Both the position numbers and the translations under genes were made by a program. Below, piece by piece: positions 16,907 to 25,733 of a DNA stretch of 42,811 nucleotides. Source of the stretch: Candidatus Vogelbacteria bacterium CG10_big_fil_rev_8_21_14_0_10_51_16 (GTDB taxonomy: Bacteria > Patescibacteriota > Minisyncoccia > Phycocordibacterales > JACRKE01); contig PCYI01000019.1 of NCBI GenBank assembly GCA_002774795.1, positions 65,480 to 108,290 on the forward strand, in the 5' to 3' direction. The notes under the pieces are model-generated. The model worked only from the letters and a program-made list of their open reading frames with translations, was not told the DNA's origin and made no database searches. The number at the start of each line of letters is the position of its first letter. The stretch's first letter is position 1.

Positions 16907-17989
16907 TTACAGTCCCTCTGCGCGCAACTCTTCCACAAGAGCGTGGGCCTTTTTTGATAGCTTGCTTGGCATCTTTACCACTACCTTTATCATTAAATCT
17001 CCTCGATTGCCACCATGAGACGGCACACCGTAGCCTTTTACCCTCAGTATTTCCCCTGGAGTAACCCCTTCCGGCACCTTCACCTTGAGGTCACCATCAA
17101 GAGTTTGTACGCTGTACGTGCTTCCCGTTAGGGCGTCGGTAAGCTTTACCTCCAGGTCCATGTTTAAATTGAGTCCGGCCCGACGAAATGTTTTATGGGC
17201 CTCTACGTGAAGTTTTACATAAAGATCACCTGCTCTTCCGTGAGGCACCGCTTCACCCATGCCAGAAAGACGGATCATCTCACCCTGTTGGATGCCTGAT
17301 GGTATGGCAACCGAGACCTCCTCGGCTCTCCTGGACACACCAGCGCCACCACAGGTGGTACAATTTTCCTCAGGCACTTCCCCCGCGCCAAAGCATTTAT
17401 CACAAACTGTCTCTGATGTAATGTTTCCCAATATGGAACGTCGTGTTTGTCGCAAGCGACCCTTGCCTCCGCAGGAGGCGCATTTTTTTGTGGCACTACC
17501 AACCTTGGCACCACTTCCTTTACACGTGGTACAGTGGCTAACTTTAGTGATAAGCACGTTTCTGGTGGTACCAAATATTGAGTCAGCAAAACTCACCTCT
17601 ATGTCGATAGAGATGTCTCTCCCGCGAGACTGTTGTTGAGTGCGTCCCCCACCAAAAAATTCGGCAAAAATATCTCCCAAGTCTCCCGCCTCGAACCCCA
17701 TGCCATTTCCAGCAAAGTCCGTGAAATCAAATCCGGCAAAAGGCCCGCCCTGAGCCGACCCCCCGGATGGTCCACCTTGGGAAAATGTTTGCCCATAAGT
17801 GTCGTACTCCTTCCGCCTATGCTCGTCGGACAGTATTTGGTAAGCTTCGTTTATTTCCTTAAACTTATTTTCATCTCCTCCCGACTTGTCTGGGTGATAC
17901 TTTTGAGCAAGCCTTCGAAAGGCTTTTTTAATGTCATCTTTACTGGCTTTTTTATCAACGCCGAGTGTTTGGTAGTAGTTCTTTGTCAT
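16907..17989 (-). CDS. dnaJ: Chaperone DnaJ
   Basis: J domain with HPD (YHPDKS), G/F-rich linker and four CxxCxGxG zinc-finger repeats. Confidence 0.95.
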   Translation of the reverse strand: MTKNYYQTLGVDKKASKDDIKKAFRRLAQKYHPDKSGGDENKFKEINEAYQILSDEHRRKEYDTYGQTFSQGGPSGGSAQGGPFAGFDFTDFAGNGMGFEAGDLGDIFAEFFGGGRTQQQSRGRDISIDIEVSFADSIFGTTRNVLITKVSHCTTCKGSGAKVGSATKKCASCGGKGRLRQTRRSILGNITSETVCDKCFGAGEVPEENCTTCGGAGVSRRAEEVSVAIPSGIQQGEMIRLSGMGEAVPHGRAGDLYVKLHVEAHKTFRRAGLNLNMDLEVKLTDALTGSTYSVQTLDGDLKVKVPEGVTPGEILRVKGYGVPSHGGNRGDLMIKVVVKMPSKLSKKAHALVEELRAEGL

Positions 17990-18113
17990 GGGTTTTGTAG
18001 TTTATGGATTGAGTCAGGTGGAGTACGTAATAGCTTACGAGCACCTTGCCCGTAGAATGACCACCACAAACATACTACGCCTATGCGATAATTTCCGCAA
18101 ACGTTCTCTGTGG

Positions 18114-20042
18114 TTACTTATTCTCCCCACCTTCTACTTCTGCGTCACGAATCTTTTCATCTGTATCATTTGCATCTTTTTTGTCTGAGTCACTGGATTT
18201 TTCTGCATCATCTCCAGTTTTCGCGCCCGCCTCGTTCTCTTTAACATGCTTCATCATCTCTTCGCCAATCTTTTGCATTGACTCGGAAAGGGCTTCGCTC
18301 GCTGACTTGACCGCTAATATGTCCCCATTATCCTTAACCGTGCGCAGTGCCTCCATCTTTTCCAAGACAGCTTTTTTAACCTCTTCTGACACCTTTCCTT
18401 CCGCGTCTTTTAAGGCGCGATCGGCTGTGTGCAACATGTGGTCAGCCGTATTGCGAACATCCGCCTCCTCCTTTCTTTTTTTATCATCATCTGCGTGCAC
18501 CTCCGCATCTTTTCGCATCTTTTCGATCTCTGTCTCTGAAAGACCTCCAGAAGCTTCTATGCGGATCGACTGCTCCTTGCCGGAAGCCTTGTCGCGCGCC
18601 TTAACAGATAAGATACCGTTCGCGTCGATATCGAAAGACACTTCCACTTGAGGCATTCCGCGCGGTGCCGGCGGGATGCCTTCAAGAGTAAACTTGCCTA
18701 AAGTCTTGTTGTCGGCCGCCATCTGTCGCTCCCCCTGCACAACATGAATCTCGACGGAGGTCTGATTATCGGCAGCTGTGGAGAACACCTGTTGTTTAGA
18801 GGCCGGAATGGTTGTGTTTTTTTCTATAAGCTTGGTTGCCACGCCCCCCAATGTTTCTATGCCCAAAGCCAAAGGAATAACGTCGAGGAGAAGTACGTCC
18901 TTTACGTCTCCCTGAAGAATACCGGCCTGAATGGCGGCCCCAACAGCAACTACTTCATCGGGGTTGATGGTGCGATTTGGTTCCTTGCCAAAAAGTTTTT
19001 TTACCTCCTCTACAATGGCGGGCATGCGGGTTTGGCCTCCGACAAGAATAATCTCGTCAATCTCGTTCATTTTAAAACCGGAGGCTTCCACTGCCCTCTT
19101 TGTGATCTCAATAGAGCGGTCTATAAAAGAACTGGCAAGTTCAACCAACTTTGCGCGAGTGAGCTTCAGTAGAAGGTGTTGAGGGCCTTCCGACGTTGAG
19201 GTGATGAATGGAATGTTAATCTCCGATTCGGTAGTTGTGGAGAGCTCGTGTTTAGCTTTCTCGGCCGCCTCTTTTAATCGTTGAAGGGCGAGCGGATCCT
19301 TCGAAACGTCAATGCCGGACTCTTTCTTGTACTCGTTTGTTATCCAGGCAATCACTTCTCTGTCAATGTCTTCGCCGCCCATATGAGAGTCGCCATCCGT
19401 CGATTTCACCTCTATAACGTCGTCACCTATCTCGAGCACGGACACATCAAATGTCCCGCCTCCAAAGTCGTAGACTGCTATCTGCTCGTCCTTTTTTTTA
19501 TTGAAACCGTAGGCCAGAGCGGCCGCCGTAGGCTCGTTGATAATACGCTTTACCTTAAATCCAGCAATCTCACCGGCGTCTTTGGTGGCTTTGCGTTGGG
19601 TGTCGTTGAAGTAAGCTGGAACAGTGATAACCGCTTCTTCAATCTTTTCACCTAATTTCGCCTCGGCATCCGCCTTAAGCTTACCTAAAATCATGGCCGA
19701 GATTTCTTCGGGCCGATACTCTTTTTCACCCATTGTAACCACAACGCCATCCCCTTTCCCGTCTATACTAAAAGGGGCGGAAGCCTTGTCTTTCTTTACG
19801 GCTTCGTCGGCAATGGAGTGACCCATTAGGCGCTTGATGCCATAGATGGTGTTCTTTGGATTGGTAATAGCTTGACGTTTGGCAAGGAGGCCCACCAGAC
19901 GTTCGCCACTTTTTGCCATTGTCACAATCGAGGGAGTGGTGCGAACCCCTTCAACGTTCTCGATAATACGAGGCTCGCCACCCTCGACAATTGCCATAGC
20001 GCAGTTTGTGGTTCCTAGATCTATCCCGAGTATCTTGGACAT
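18114..20042 (-). CDS. dnaK: Chaperone DnaK (Hsp70)
   Basis: 642 aa. [19 protein letters not shown] and [10 protein letters not shown] signatures. Confidence 0.97.
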   Translation of the reverse strand: MSKILGIDLGTTNCAMAIVEGGEPRIIENVEGVRTTPSIVTMAKSGERLVGLLAKRQAITNPKNTIYGIKRLMGHSIADEAVKKDKASAPFSIDGKGDGVVVTMGEKEYRPEEISAMILGKLKADAEAKLGEKIEEAVITVPAYFNDTQRKATKDAGEIAGFKVKRIINEPTAAALAYGFNKKKDEQIAVYDFGGGTFDVSVLEIGDDVIEVKSTDGDSHMGGEDIDREVIAWITNEYKKESGIDVSKDPLALQRLKEAAEKAKHELSTTTESEINIPFITSTSEGPQHLLLKLTRAKLVELASSFIDRSIEITKRAVEASGFKMNEIDEIILVGGQTRMPAIVEEVKKLFGKEPNRTINPDEVVAVGAAIQAGILQGDVKDVLLLDVIPLALGIETLGGVATKLIEKNTTIPASKQQVFSTAADNQTSVEIHVVQGERQMAADNKTLGKFTLEGIPPAPRGMPQVEVSFDIDANGILSVKARDKASGKEQSIRIEASGGLSETEIEKMRKDAEVHADDDKKRKEEADVRNTADHMLHTADRALKDAEGKVSEEVKKAVLEKMEALRTVKDNGDILAVKSASEALSESMQKIGEEMMKHVKENEAGAKTGDDAEKSSDSDKKDANDTDEKIRDAEVEGGENK

Positions 20043-20098
20043 AGTGTGTTATGAAAAGTTATTGATTAATAAAAACTAAAGACTGATGTTTTTAATGC

Positions 20099-20692
20099 TT
20101 ACTCCTGAGCTTGTCCCCCACCCTTTCCTGAGTAATGAGCCACTGTCACCTTAGCCGGACGAACGATGTGTTCGTGCAAGGAGTAGCCCTTTTCGAGGAC
20201 TGAAAAAATTATGTCATCCTCGTTGGGGTCGTCTGTCGAGACTGCTTCCACGGGTTGGTGCAGACGAGCGTCGAATCGCTCTCCCGGCATTCCAATTGGT
20301 TTCACTTCGTGGTTCTCTAGAACCTGCTGAAGTTGACTGTATATATACTCGATTCCCTTTCTCCAGTTTTCATCTACCTTGTGCCAAGCTTCTGCGTTCG
20401 CCATTGCTCGCTCGAAGTTGTCGGCAATGGGAAGAATCTCGGTGATGAGGTCCGCTTTTGCGTATTTTCGGATACTGCTCCGACTCTGCTCCTCCTCACG
20501 TCTTGCGTTTACAAAATCCGCCTTGGAGCGTTGCCAGCCATCAAGGTACTCCCTCTTCTCCTTTTCGCAGGCCTCAATTTTTCCACGTAACCTCTTTATG
20601 AGTTCTTCGGGGTTACCGGACTCATCTGTCTCTATATCTACATCGTCTACTTCCATCGCTACTTCCTCGTCAGTGTTTTTTTTCTTTGTCAT
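20099..20692 (-). CDS. grpE: Nucleotide exchange factor GrpE
   Basis: 197 aa. Acidic N-terminus, coiled coil, conserved FDARLHQPV and RPAKV blocks. Adjacent to dnaK. Confidence 0.9.
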   Translation of the reverse strand: MTKKKNTDEEVAMEVDDVDIETDESGNPEELIKRLRGKIEACEKEKREYLDGWQRSKADFVNARREEEQSRSSIRKYAKADLITEILPIADNFERAMANAEAWHKVDENWRKGIEYIYSQLQQVLENHEVKPIGMPGERFDARLHQPVEAVSTDDPNEDDIIFSVLEKGYSLHEHIVRPAKVTVAHYSGKGGGQAQE

Positions 20693-20794
20693 TGGCGAGT
20701 ACTGATGATATTAATAATCGAAACATTTTATTATACACAAATAAAATCTTTTTGCAAAAAAATGAAAAGAGCAAGCTAAAATAACCCACGAGCC

Positions 20795-20996
20795 GACGAA
20801 ACATCGCTCCGGCCGAGCAAGCGTCTAATAAACGCAAAGCAGTTTGCGTTTATTAGCGCTTGCGTCACAACTCTCGGCTCGTCGACACTCGCCTCGGTCG
20901 CGACCCCGCCTCGCGGTTTCGTCTGCTGACGAAATATCGCTCCGGCCGAGCAAGCGTCTAATGAACGCAAAGCAGTTTGCGTTTATTAGCGCTTGC
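20795..20996. repeat. Two direct copies of a 69-bp unit (20795-20863 and 20928-20996), each folding into a hairpin with a stem of about 20 bp
   Basis: GACGAAA(C/T)ATCGCTCCGGCCGAGCAAGCGTCTAAT(A/G)AACGCAAAGCAGTTTGCGTTTATTAGCGCTTGC occurs twice. The second copy overlaps the last codons of rpsI. Confidence 0.8.
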
Positions 20997-21432
20997 TCCA
21001 CTGGGGGGCCTTTCTGGCTTTTTTAAGTCCAAACTTACGTCTCTCTTTAGCTCTCGCGTCACGAGTCAATAATTTTGCCGACTTAAGACTCTTTCTTAGG
21101 TCTCCATCTGAGATGGTTAGTGCCCGCGCAATACCATGTCGGATAGCTTCAGCTTGAGCTCTCATTCCTCCACCCCTGACTCGTACGGTAACCTCATACT
21201 TATGATCTTCTGTTAGTTTTTCAAAAGGCGCGTTTATGGAACGACGGAGCTCTTCTGCGGGAAAGTAAGAGTCAAGAGTGCGGTCGTTTACTGTATAGGC
21301 CGTACTTTTGGCATCATACAGGCGCACTCTTGCGGTGGCGGTCTTTCTTCGTCCAACCGCCTCGAAGTATTTACCGGTTCTCTTTTCGACTTGTGTTTTC
21401 TTCACCTTATTTGTTTTTGTTGGTGTTGGCAT
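20986..21432 (-). CDS. rpsI: 30S ribosomal protein S9
   Basis: 148 aa. GGGMRAQAEAIRHGIARAL and the C-terminal KKARKAPQWSKR signature. Confidence 0.95.
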   Translation of the reverse strand: MPTPTKTNKVKKTQVEKRTGKYFEAVGRRKTATARVRLYDAKSTAYTVNDRTLDSYFPAEELRRSINAPFEKLTEDHKYEVTVRVRGGGMRAQAEAIRHGIARALTISDGDLRKSLKSAKLLTRDARAKERRKFGLKKARKAPQWSKR

Positions 21433-21493
21433 GTTTTTAAGTGTTGCTTCTAAGCTTTCGCTAAGCAGACATCAGCGCATAAGCATTTCAAGC

Positions 21494-21859
21494 TCATTCT
21501 GTGATCGATACTTTCTTGAGCATTATCGGACGAAGTTTATTGGCAGGCAACATTCCTTGGATCGCCTTAAACAGAGCTTCTTTGTGGCCCTTTTTTGAAA
21601 TAAGTTGTTTCATTGTTAGAGACCTCTGCCCGCCAGGATAACCGGTATGCCGCATATAGACCTTTTCTACCAGTTTGTTACCGGTGACCCTAATTTTTCT
21701 CGCATTTATAATGAGAACATCGGTGTCTCCCACTTTATTGCGGGCAAAAGCGGGACTGTCTTTGCCCATTAGGGTTAAGGCTGCTTCAGAGGCAATACGG
21801 CCGACGCTTCTTCCGGAGGCATCTATGGTGCGTTTTTTTTCTGTTTGTGCGGAATTCAT
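21494..21859 (-). CDS. rplM: 50S ribosomal protein L13
   Basis: 121 aa. GRIASEAALTLMGK and HTGYPGG signatures. Upstream of rpsI, as in the conserved rplM-rpsI pair. Confidence 0.93.
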   Translation of the reverse strand: MNSAQTEKKRTIDASGRSVGRIASEAALTLMGKDSPAFARNKVGDTDVLIINARKIRVTGNKLVEKVYMRHTGYPGGQRSLTMKQLISKKGHKEALFKAIQGMLPANKLRPIMLKKVSITE

Positions 21860-21888
21860 GGAGTGCTATAGACCTAAAAATAGCTTAA

Positions 21889-22239
21889 CTATACCAATTC
21901 TATAATCGCCATCGGGCTCGCGTCAGAAAGTCGCGGATTAAGCTTGATTATGCGCGTGTAGCCACCAGCTCGTTCCCGATAATCGGGCGCAACCTTCTTC
22001 ATTAAAAGTTGCATCCTTGCCACTGTTCCCAATCTGGATGCCAGTAAGCGTCGAGAGGCCACGGTGTCTCGTTTGCTGATGGTAATCAGTTTTTCTACAT
22101 ATGGACGCAACTCTTTAGCTTTTGCCTCTGTCGTTTTTATTTTTCTGTTTTTCAGCAATCCTTCGGCAAGTGAACGCAATAAAGCCAGACGTTGATTTGC
22201 TGGTCTCCCGAATTTTCTATTGGCGTTATGGTGTCTCAT
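21889..22239 (-). CDS. rplQ: 50S ribosomal protein L17
   Basis: 116 aa. The MRHHNANRKFGRPANQRLALLRSL N-terminus is diagnostic. Follows rpoA. Confidence 0.95.
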   Translation of the reverse strand: MRHHNANRKFGRPANQRLALLRSLAEGLLKNRKIKTTEAKAKELRPYVEKLITISKRDTVASRRLLASRLGTVARMQLLMKKVAPDYRERAGGYTRIIKLNPRLSDASPMAIIELV

Positions 22240-22344
22240 AAATAGGCTCTGGGAAACTTAGGCGCTAGGCACTAGGATTGTCTAGGATAGACTATAATTA
22301 ATGCATTGGCAATCCCTAGGGCTTAAATCCTGGGGCATTCTGGC

Positions 22345-23322
22345 TTACTTCAGTACTATGCCGAAATTTGAAAGAGCGCGCTTAATCTCACTGATGCCCT
22401 TTTCACCCAGACCAGCTATCTCTAGTAGATCTTCCTCTCTTTTGCGAGCCAAACCACCTATAGTGCGAATACTTGCCTGTGTAAGTGCGTGCATGGTCCG
22501 TGCGGATAGACTTACATCCTCTATGCGGGTTTTGAGAACATCCTCTTCGGTCTCTTGCTTTGCCGGCTCGCTTTCCTTCTTTAATTCCGTTGCCTCCTCA
22601 TCTGAGATCGTTTGTTCTACCTCGGCGGGTTGTTGAAAGCCGACTATGGCCGAAAGTTGATGGATCATGACCACAATAGATCTTTCCAGCGCTTCACGGG
22701 GAGAGATAACACCATCAGTTTCTATGAATATGCGCAAACGATTGTAGTCAGTACGATTACCGACGCGCATGTGGTCAACCTCGTAATTAACTCGACGGAT
22801 GGGGCTAAATATGGCGTCTAAAACAATAGTGCCCACCTCCACTTTTTCACGATGTAGCATTTCTTTGCTCACGTAACCTATGCCACTTTCCACGGTGAGT
22901 TCCGCTGAGAGGGCCACACTCTTGTCTGTGATGGTGCAAATATGTTCATCCGGATTGCACAGCTCAACCTGACCTGGAAGCTTTAAATCGCCCGCTTTAA
23001 TTTCCTTGGCCCCCTTAACATCAAGAAATATCTTTTGAGGCTCTTCGGTAGACATCTTAAATCGAGCCCTCTTGAGATTTAGAAGTATCGATATAACATC
23101 TTCTTTGATTCCTTCCAGCGTGGAAAACTCATGCGCTACCCCCTTGATAGAAATAGCCGTAATTGCGGATCCGGGAAGAGAAGAAAGAATTACACGGCGT
23201 AGAGAATTACCTAGCGTGTGTCCATAGCCTGGATACAAGCCATCTATTTCATACACTCCCTTGAACTCATCCTCTGAAATGATCTTCGGCTTTGAGGGCA
23301 ATATAATATTTTGGTCTGTCAT
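22345..23322 (-). CDS. rpoA: DNA-directed RNA polymerase alpha subunit
   Basis: 325 aa. GNSLRRVILSSLPG N-terminal-domain signature, C-terminal-domain helix-hairpin-helix (LSARTMHALTQASIRTIGGL), and position between rpsD and rplQ. Confidence 0.95.
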   Translation of the reverse strand: MTDQNIILPSKPKIISEDEFKGVYEIDGLYPGYGHTLGNSLRRVILSSLPGSAITAISIKGVAHEFSTLEGIKEDVISILLNLKRARFKMSTEEPQKIFLDVKGAKEIKAGDLKLPGQVELCNPDEHICTITDKSVALSAELTVESGIGYVSKEMLHREKVEVGTIVLDAIFSPIRRVNYEVDHMRVGNRTDYNRLRIFIETDGVISPREALERSIVVMIHQLSAIVGFQQPAEVEQTISDEEATELKKESEPAKQETEEDVLKTRIEDVSLSARTMHALTQASIRTIGGLARKREEDLLEIAGLGEKGISEIKRALSNFGIVLK

Positions 23323-23361
23323 TGTTTTGAGTGGGTTTGGTGAGTAAATAGCAAAAAAATG

Positions 23362-23976
23362 TTACGCGCGGCTGTAAAGCTCTAGCACGGCTTCGAAATT
23401 CAGAGACGGCTCTTCTTTGTGATTTGTGGGAATAGAGGCAATCATTGCCAAAACCTTCTCATTGTTTACCTGAAGCCACACCGGGGCCTTATTGTTTTTA
23501 AGACGCTGACTTATCTCCTGAAACTGTGTCTTTTGCTTACTGCTGTTGTGGAGCTCGATGGTGTCGCCCATCTCTACATTGTACGAAGGGGTAGAAACTT
23601 TATGTCCATTTACCACAATATGTCCATGACCCACCATTTGACGAGCGGCGGCCCGTGAGGGCGCAAGGCCTGTCCTGAAAACTACATTGTCTAGACGTGT
23701 CTCGAGTCTGGTAAAAAGATTTGCAACCGGATTAAGCCGATCGCGTTCGCGTGCCTCGGACACATATCGCGCAAACTGCTTTTCAAGCACACCGTAGGTA
23801 AGCTTTACCCGTTGTTTAGCCAGGAGCTGTTCGCCGTACTCCGTTTTCTGGGAGCGTCTCCGTCCGCGTTTTATGGATTTACGGCCCATGCGCACGGCAA
23901 ACTTCTGTGTTTGTGTTTTCGGAAATATGGCTTCACCAAACTTTCGCGCTGTTTTGTATTGTGGTTTTCGTATCAT
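23362..23976 (-). CDS. rpsD: 30S ribosomal protein S4
   Basis: 204 aa. YGEQLLAKQRVKLTYGV and the S4 domain LDNVVFRTGLAPSRAAARQMVGHGHIVVNG. Confidence 0.95.
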   Translation of the reverse strand: MIRKPQYKTARKFGEAIFPKTQTQKFAVRMGRKSIKRGRRRSQKTEYGEQLLAKQRVKLTYGVLEKQFARYVSEARERDRLNPVANLFTRLETRLDNVVFRTGLAPSRAAARQMVGHGHIVVNGHKVSTPSYNVEMGDTIELHNSSKQKTQFQEISQRLKNNKAPVWLQVNNEKVLAMIASIPTNHKEEPSLNFEAVLELYSRA

Positions 23977-23982
23977 AAATTA

Positions 23983-24067
23983 GGCCATAGGGCGTAGGTC
24001 ATAGTGCGTAGGATTCGAGGCGATTAGAATTTTAATTCCCTACGCCCTGTGCCCTATGCTCTACGCC
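23983..24067. repeat. Intergenic hairpin built from GGCGTAG words
   Basis: GGCCATAGGGCGTAGGTCATAGTGCGTAGGA, opposed by TCCCTACGCCCTGTGCCCTATGCTCTACGCC. Confidence 0.65.
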
Positions 24068-24072
24068 CCGGG

Positions 24073-24507
24073 TTAGACTCTCCTTGGTTTTTTGGGCTTG
24101 GGGCCGTTGTGTGGGATTGGGGTAGTGTCTGTGATGTTCGCGATGGCAATACCACGACTTGTAAACGCTCTGATAGCAGACTCTCTCCCAGAGCCTATGC
24201 CCTTTACCACCACGCGCACCTCCTTCATGCCAGCCTGCTCTGCCTTTTCTGCAAGCACCTCACCGACCTTGGCGGCCGCAAACGGGGTACCCTTCTTGGC
24301 TCCCTTAAAACCGAGAGCACCAGAAGATGAGGCCATGACAGCATTTCCAGATGGGTCCGTAACCAAAAGCTTGGTGTTATTAAAAGTAGACTGCACATGC
24401 AAAACCCCCACAGGAACTTTGGTTTTAGATCCACGACTTAGGGCTCTCGCTCTGCGTCCGGGGTCAAGCCCTTGCCCTCCTTTTTTTATTACACGTTTTT
24501 TTCCCAT
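24073..24507 (-). CDS. rpsK: 30S ribosomal protein S11
   Basis: 144 aa. GFKGAKKGTPFAA and VKGIGSGRESAIRA signatures. Confidence 0.95.
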   Translation of the reverse strand: MGKKRVIKKGGQGLDPGRRARALSRGSKTKVPVGVLHVQSTFNNTKLLVTDPSGNAVMASSSGALGFKGAKKGTPFAAAKVGEVLAEKAEQAGMKEVRVVVKGIGSGRESAIRAFTSRGIAIANITDTTPIPHNGPKPKKPRRV

Positions 24508-24512
24508 AAAAT

Positions 24513-24587
24513 TAGGCTCTAGGATTTAGGCTCTAGGCTCAGGCTTTCGGTTTCCCTAATGCCTAGTGCCTAATTCCCAAAGCCTAG
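24513..24587. repeat. Intergenic hairpin built from CTAGG/TAGGC words
   Basis: TAGGCTCTAGGATTTAGGCTCTAGGCTCAGGC, opposed by CCCTAATGCCTAGTGCCTAATTCCCAAAGCCTAG. Confidence 0.6.
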
Positions 24588-24590
24588 TTT

Positions 24591-24971
24591 TTACTTTTTA
24601 TCTAGTTTCTTCTTACCAGAACCCATGGTCTTACGAACATTACCATGTCGGGTCCGGGAGTTCGTCTTAGTACGTTGTCCGCGCACGGGTAGGCTGCGGG
24701 TGTGGCGTTCTCCTCGGTAGCTACCTATTTCCTTCAATCTTTTTATAGAAGAACCGATCTCTCTTCGCAGGTCACCTTCTATCTTGTGTCCCTCACACTC
24801 CTTGCGCACACGCTCGCCTTCGTCAGTGGTTAGCTCTGGAGGTTTTTTGCCATAAGGAATGTTGGCGGCGTCTAGAATCGAGTGTGCTCGACTACGGCCA
24901 ATACCGTATATCGCAGTAAGAGCGATTTCCATTCTTTTGCTATCCGGCAGTGTAATGGCTGATATGCGCAT
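24591..24971 (-). CDS. rpsM: 30S ribosomal protein S13
   Basis: 126 aa. ALTAIYGIGRSRA and SYRGERHTRSLPVRGQRTKTN signatures. Confidence 0.95.
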   Translation of the reverse strand: MRISAITLPDSKRMEIALTAIYGIGRSRAHSILDAANIPYGKKPPELTTDEGERVRKECEGHKIEGDLRREIGSSIKRLKEIGSYRGERHTRSLPVRGQRTKTNSRTRHGNVRKTMGSGKKKLDKK

Positions 24972-24982
24972 AAGTTATGAAA

Positions 24983-25056
24983 GCACAAAGCCCAAATCAC
25001 AAAAGACCAAATCTGAATTCGTTTGGAGTTTTGTGGTGTTTGTGTTTTGTGTTTTG
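24983..25056. repeat. Intergenic hairpin of the CACAAAG/TTTGTGC word family
   Basis: GCACAAAGCCCAAATCACAAAAGACCAAA, opposed by TTTGGAGTTTTGTGGTGTTTGTGTTTTGTGTTTTG. Confidence 0.65.
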
Positions 25057-25063
25057 ATTACCA

Positions 25064-25177
25064 TCATCCTTGTCTCTGTTTATGTTTTGGGGTAGAACAG
25101 ATAATATACAAAACTCCGCGGCGTTTGACCAGCTTACATTTCGCACACAGTTTTTTTAATGACGCCTTTACTTTCAT
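25064..25177 (-). CDS. rpmJ: 50S ribosomal protein L36
   Basis: Absent from the ORF track (37 aa). Hand translation of the minus strand gives [37 protein letters not shown] then a stop. This is the canonical L36 zinc-ribbon pattern in the canonical slot between infA and rpsM. Confidence 0.9.
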   Translation of the reverse strand: MKVKASLKKLCAKCKLVKRRGVLYIICSTPKHKQRQG

Positions 25178-25209
25178 GTTTACTCTGCATCCTCTCTATT
25201 TACACACCC

Positions 25210-25440
25210 TTACAATCTGCGTGTTATCCTTCCTCGCTCACCATATGCGTCAAGTTGTACGAGAACTTTGTCTCCGATCATAACCCGTATGCGATGTAGA
25301 CGCATCTTACCTGCAAGTGGACACGGCATAGAACGTCCGTCAAATTCGACGCGATACATTGTGTTTGGCAAGGTTTCAGTGACTTGCCCCACAACCTCTT
25401 TTCCTTTAGTGGAGTTTTCGCTTGTAGTAGAATCTGACAT
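25210..25440 (-). CDS. infA: Translation initiation factor IF-1
   Basis: 76 aa. S1-like core GQVTETLPNTMYRVEFDG...GKMRLHRIRVMIGDKVLVQLDAYG..GRITRRL. Confidence 0.93.
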   Translation of the reverse strand: MSDSTTSENSTKGKEVVGQVTETLPNTMYRVEFDGRSMPCPLAGKMRLHRIRVMIGDKVLVQLDAYGERGRITRRL

Positions 25441-25640
25441 TGAGCATTAGCATTGGCCTCACTCGTAATACACCATTAGCTGAGTCTGTGTTTGATTTCT
25501 CCCTGCAAAAATGATTGACGTTTTCGAGGGCACTCGACTAGATCTCAGTAATAATAACTATTTTAGTATGAATTTCTGGGTCATCTTTGAAAAACTACCC
25601 AATATGACAAATACCAAATACCCACCAAGTGAGTTAGAGC

Positions 25641-25670
25641 ATTGTAGCAGATGTTTGAATAATAAGTCAA
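25641..25670 (-). promoter_or_regulatory. Candidate sigma-70-type promoter for the infA-rpmJ-rpsM-rpsK-rpsD-rpoA-rplQ block
   Basis: Minus strand reads TTGACT, an 18-nt spacer, then TACAAT, inside a 290-nt AT-rich non-coding gap about 200 nt upstream of infA. Confidence 0.5.
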
Positions 25671-25733
25671 TATTAACTATGGCCAGATAAAAATATTGAA
25701 CTTTTTGGACCATTTTCCCAAAAACCGCCGTCT

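Noticed and set aside
20776-21026. ORFs at 20776-20970 (minus) and 20844-21026 (plus), between grpE and rpsI.
   Set aside because: Both are read-throughs of the duplicated 69-bp hairpin unit, and their peptide sequences simply repeat. There is no start context.
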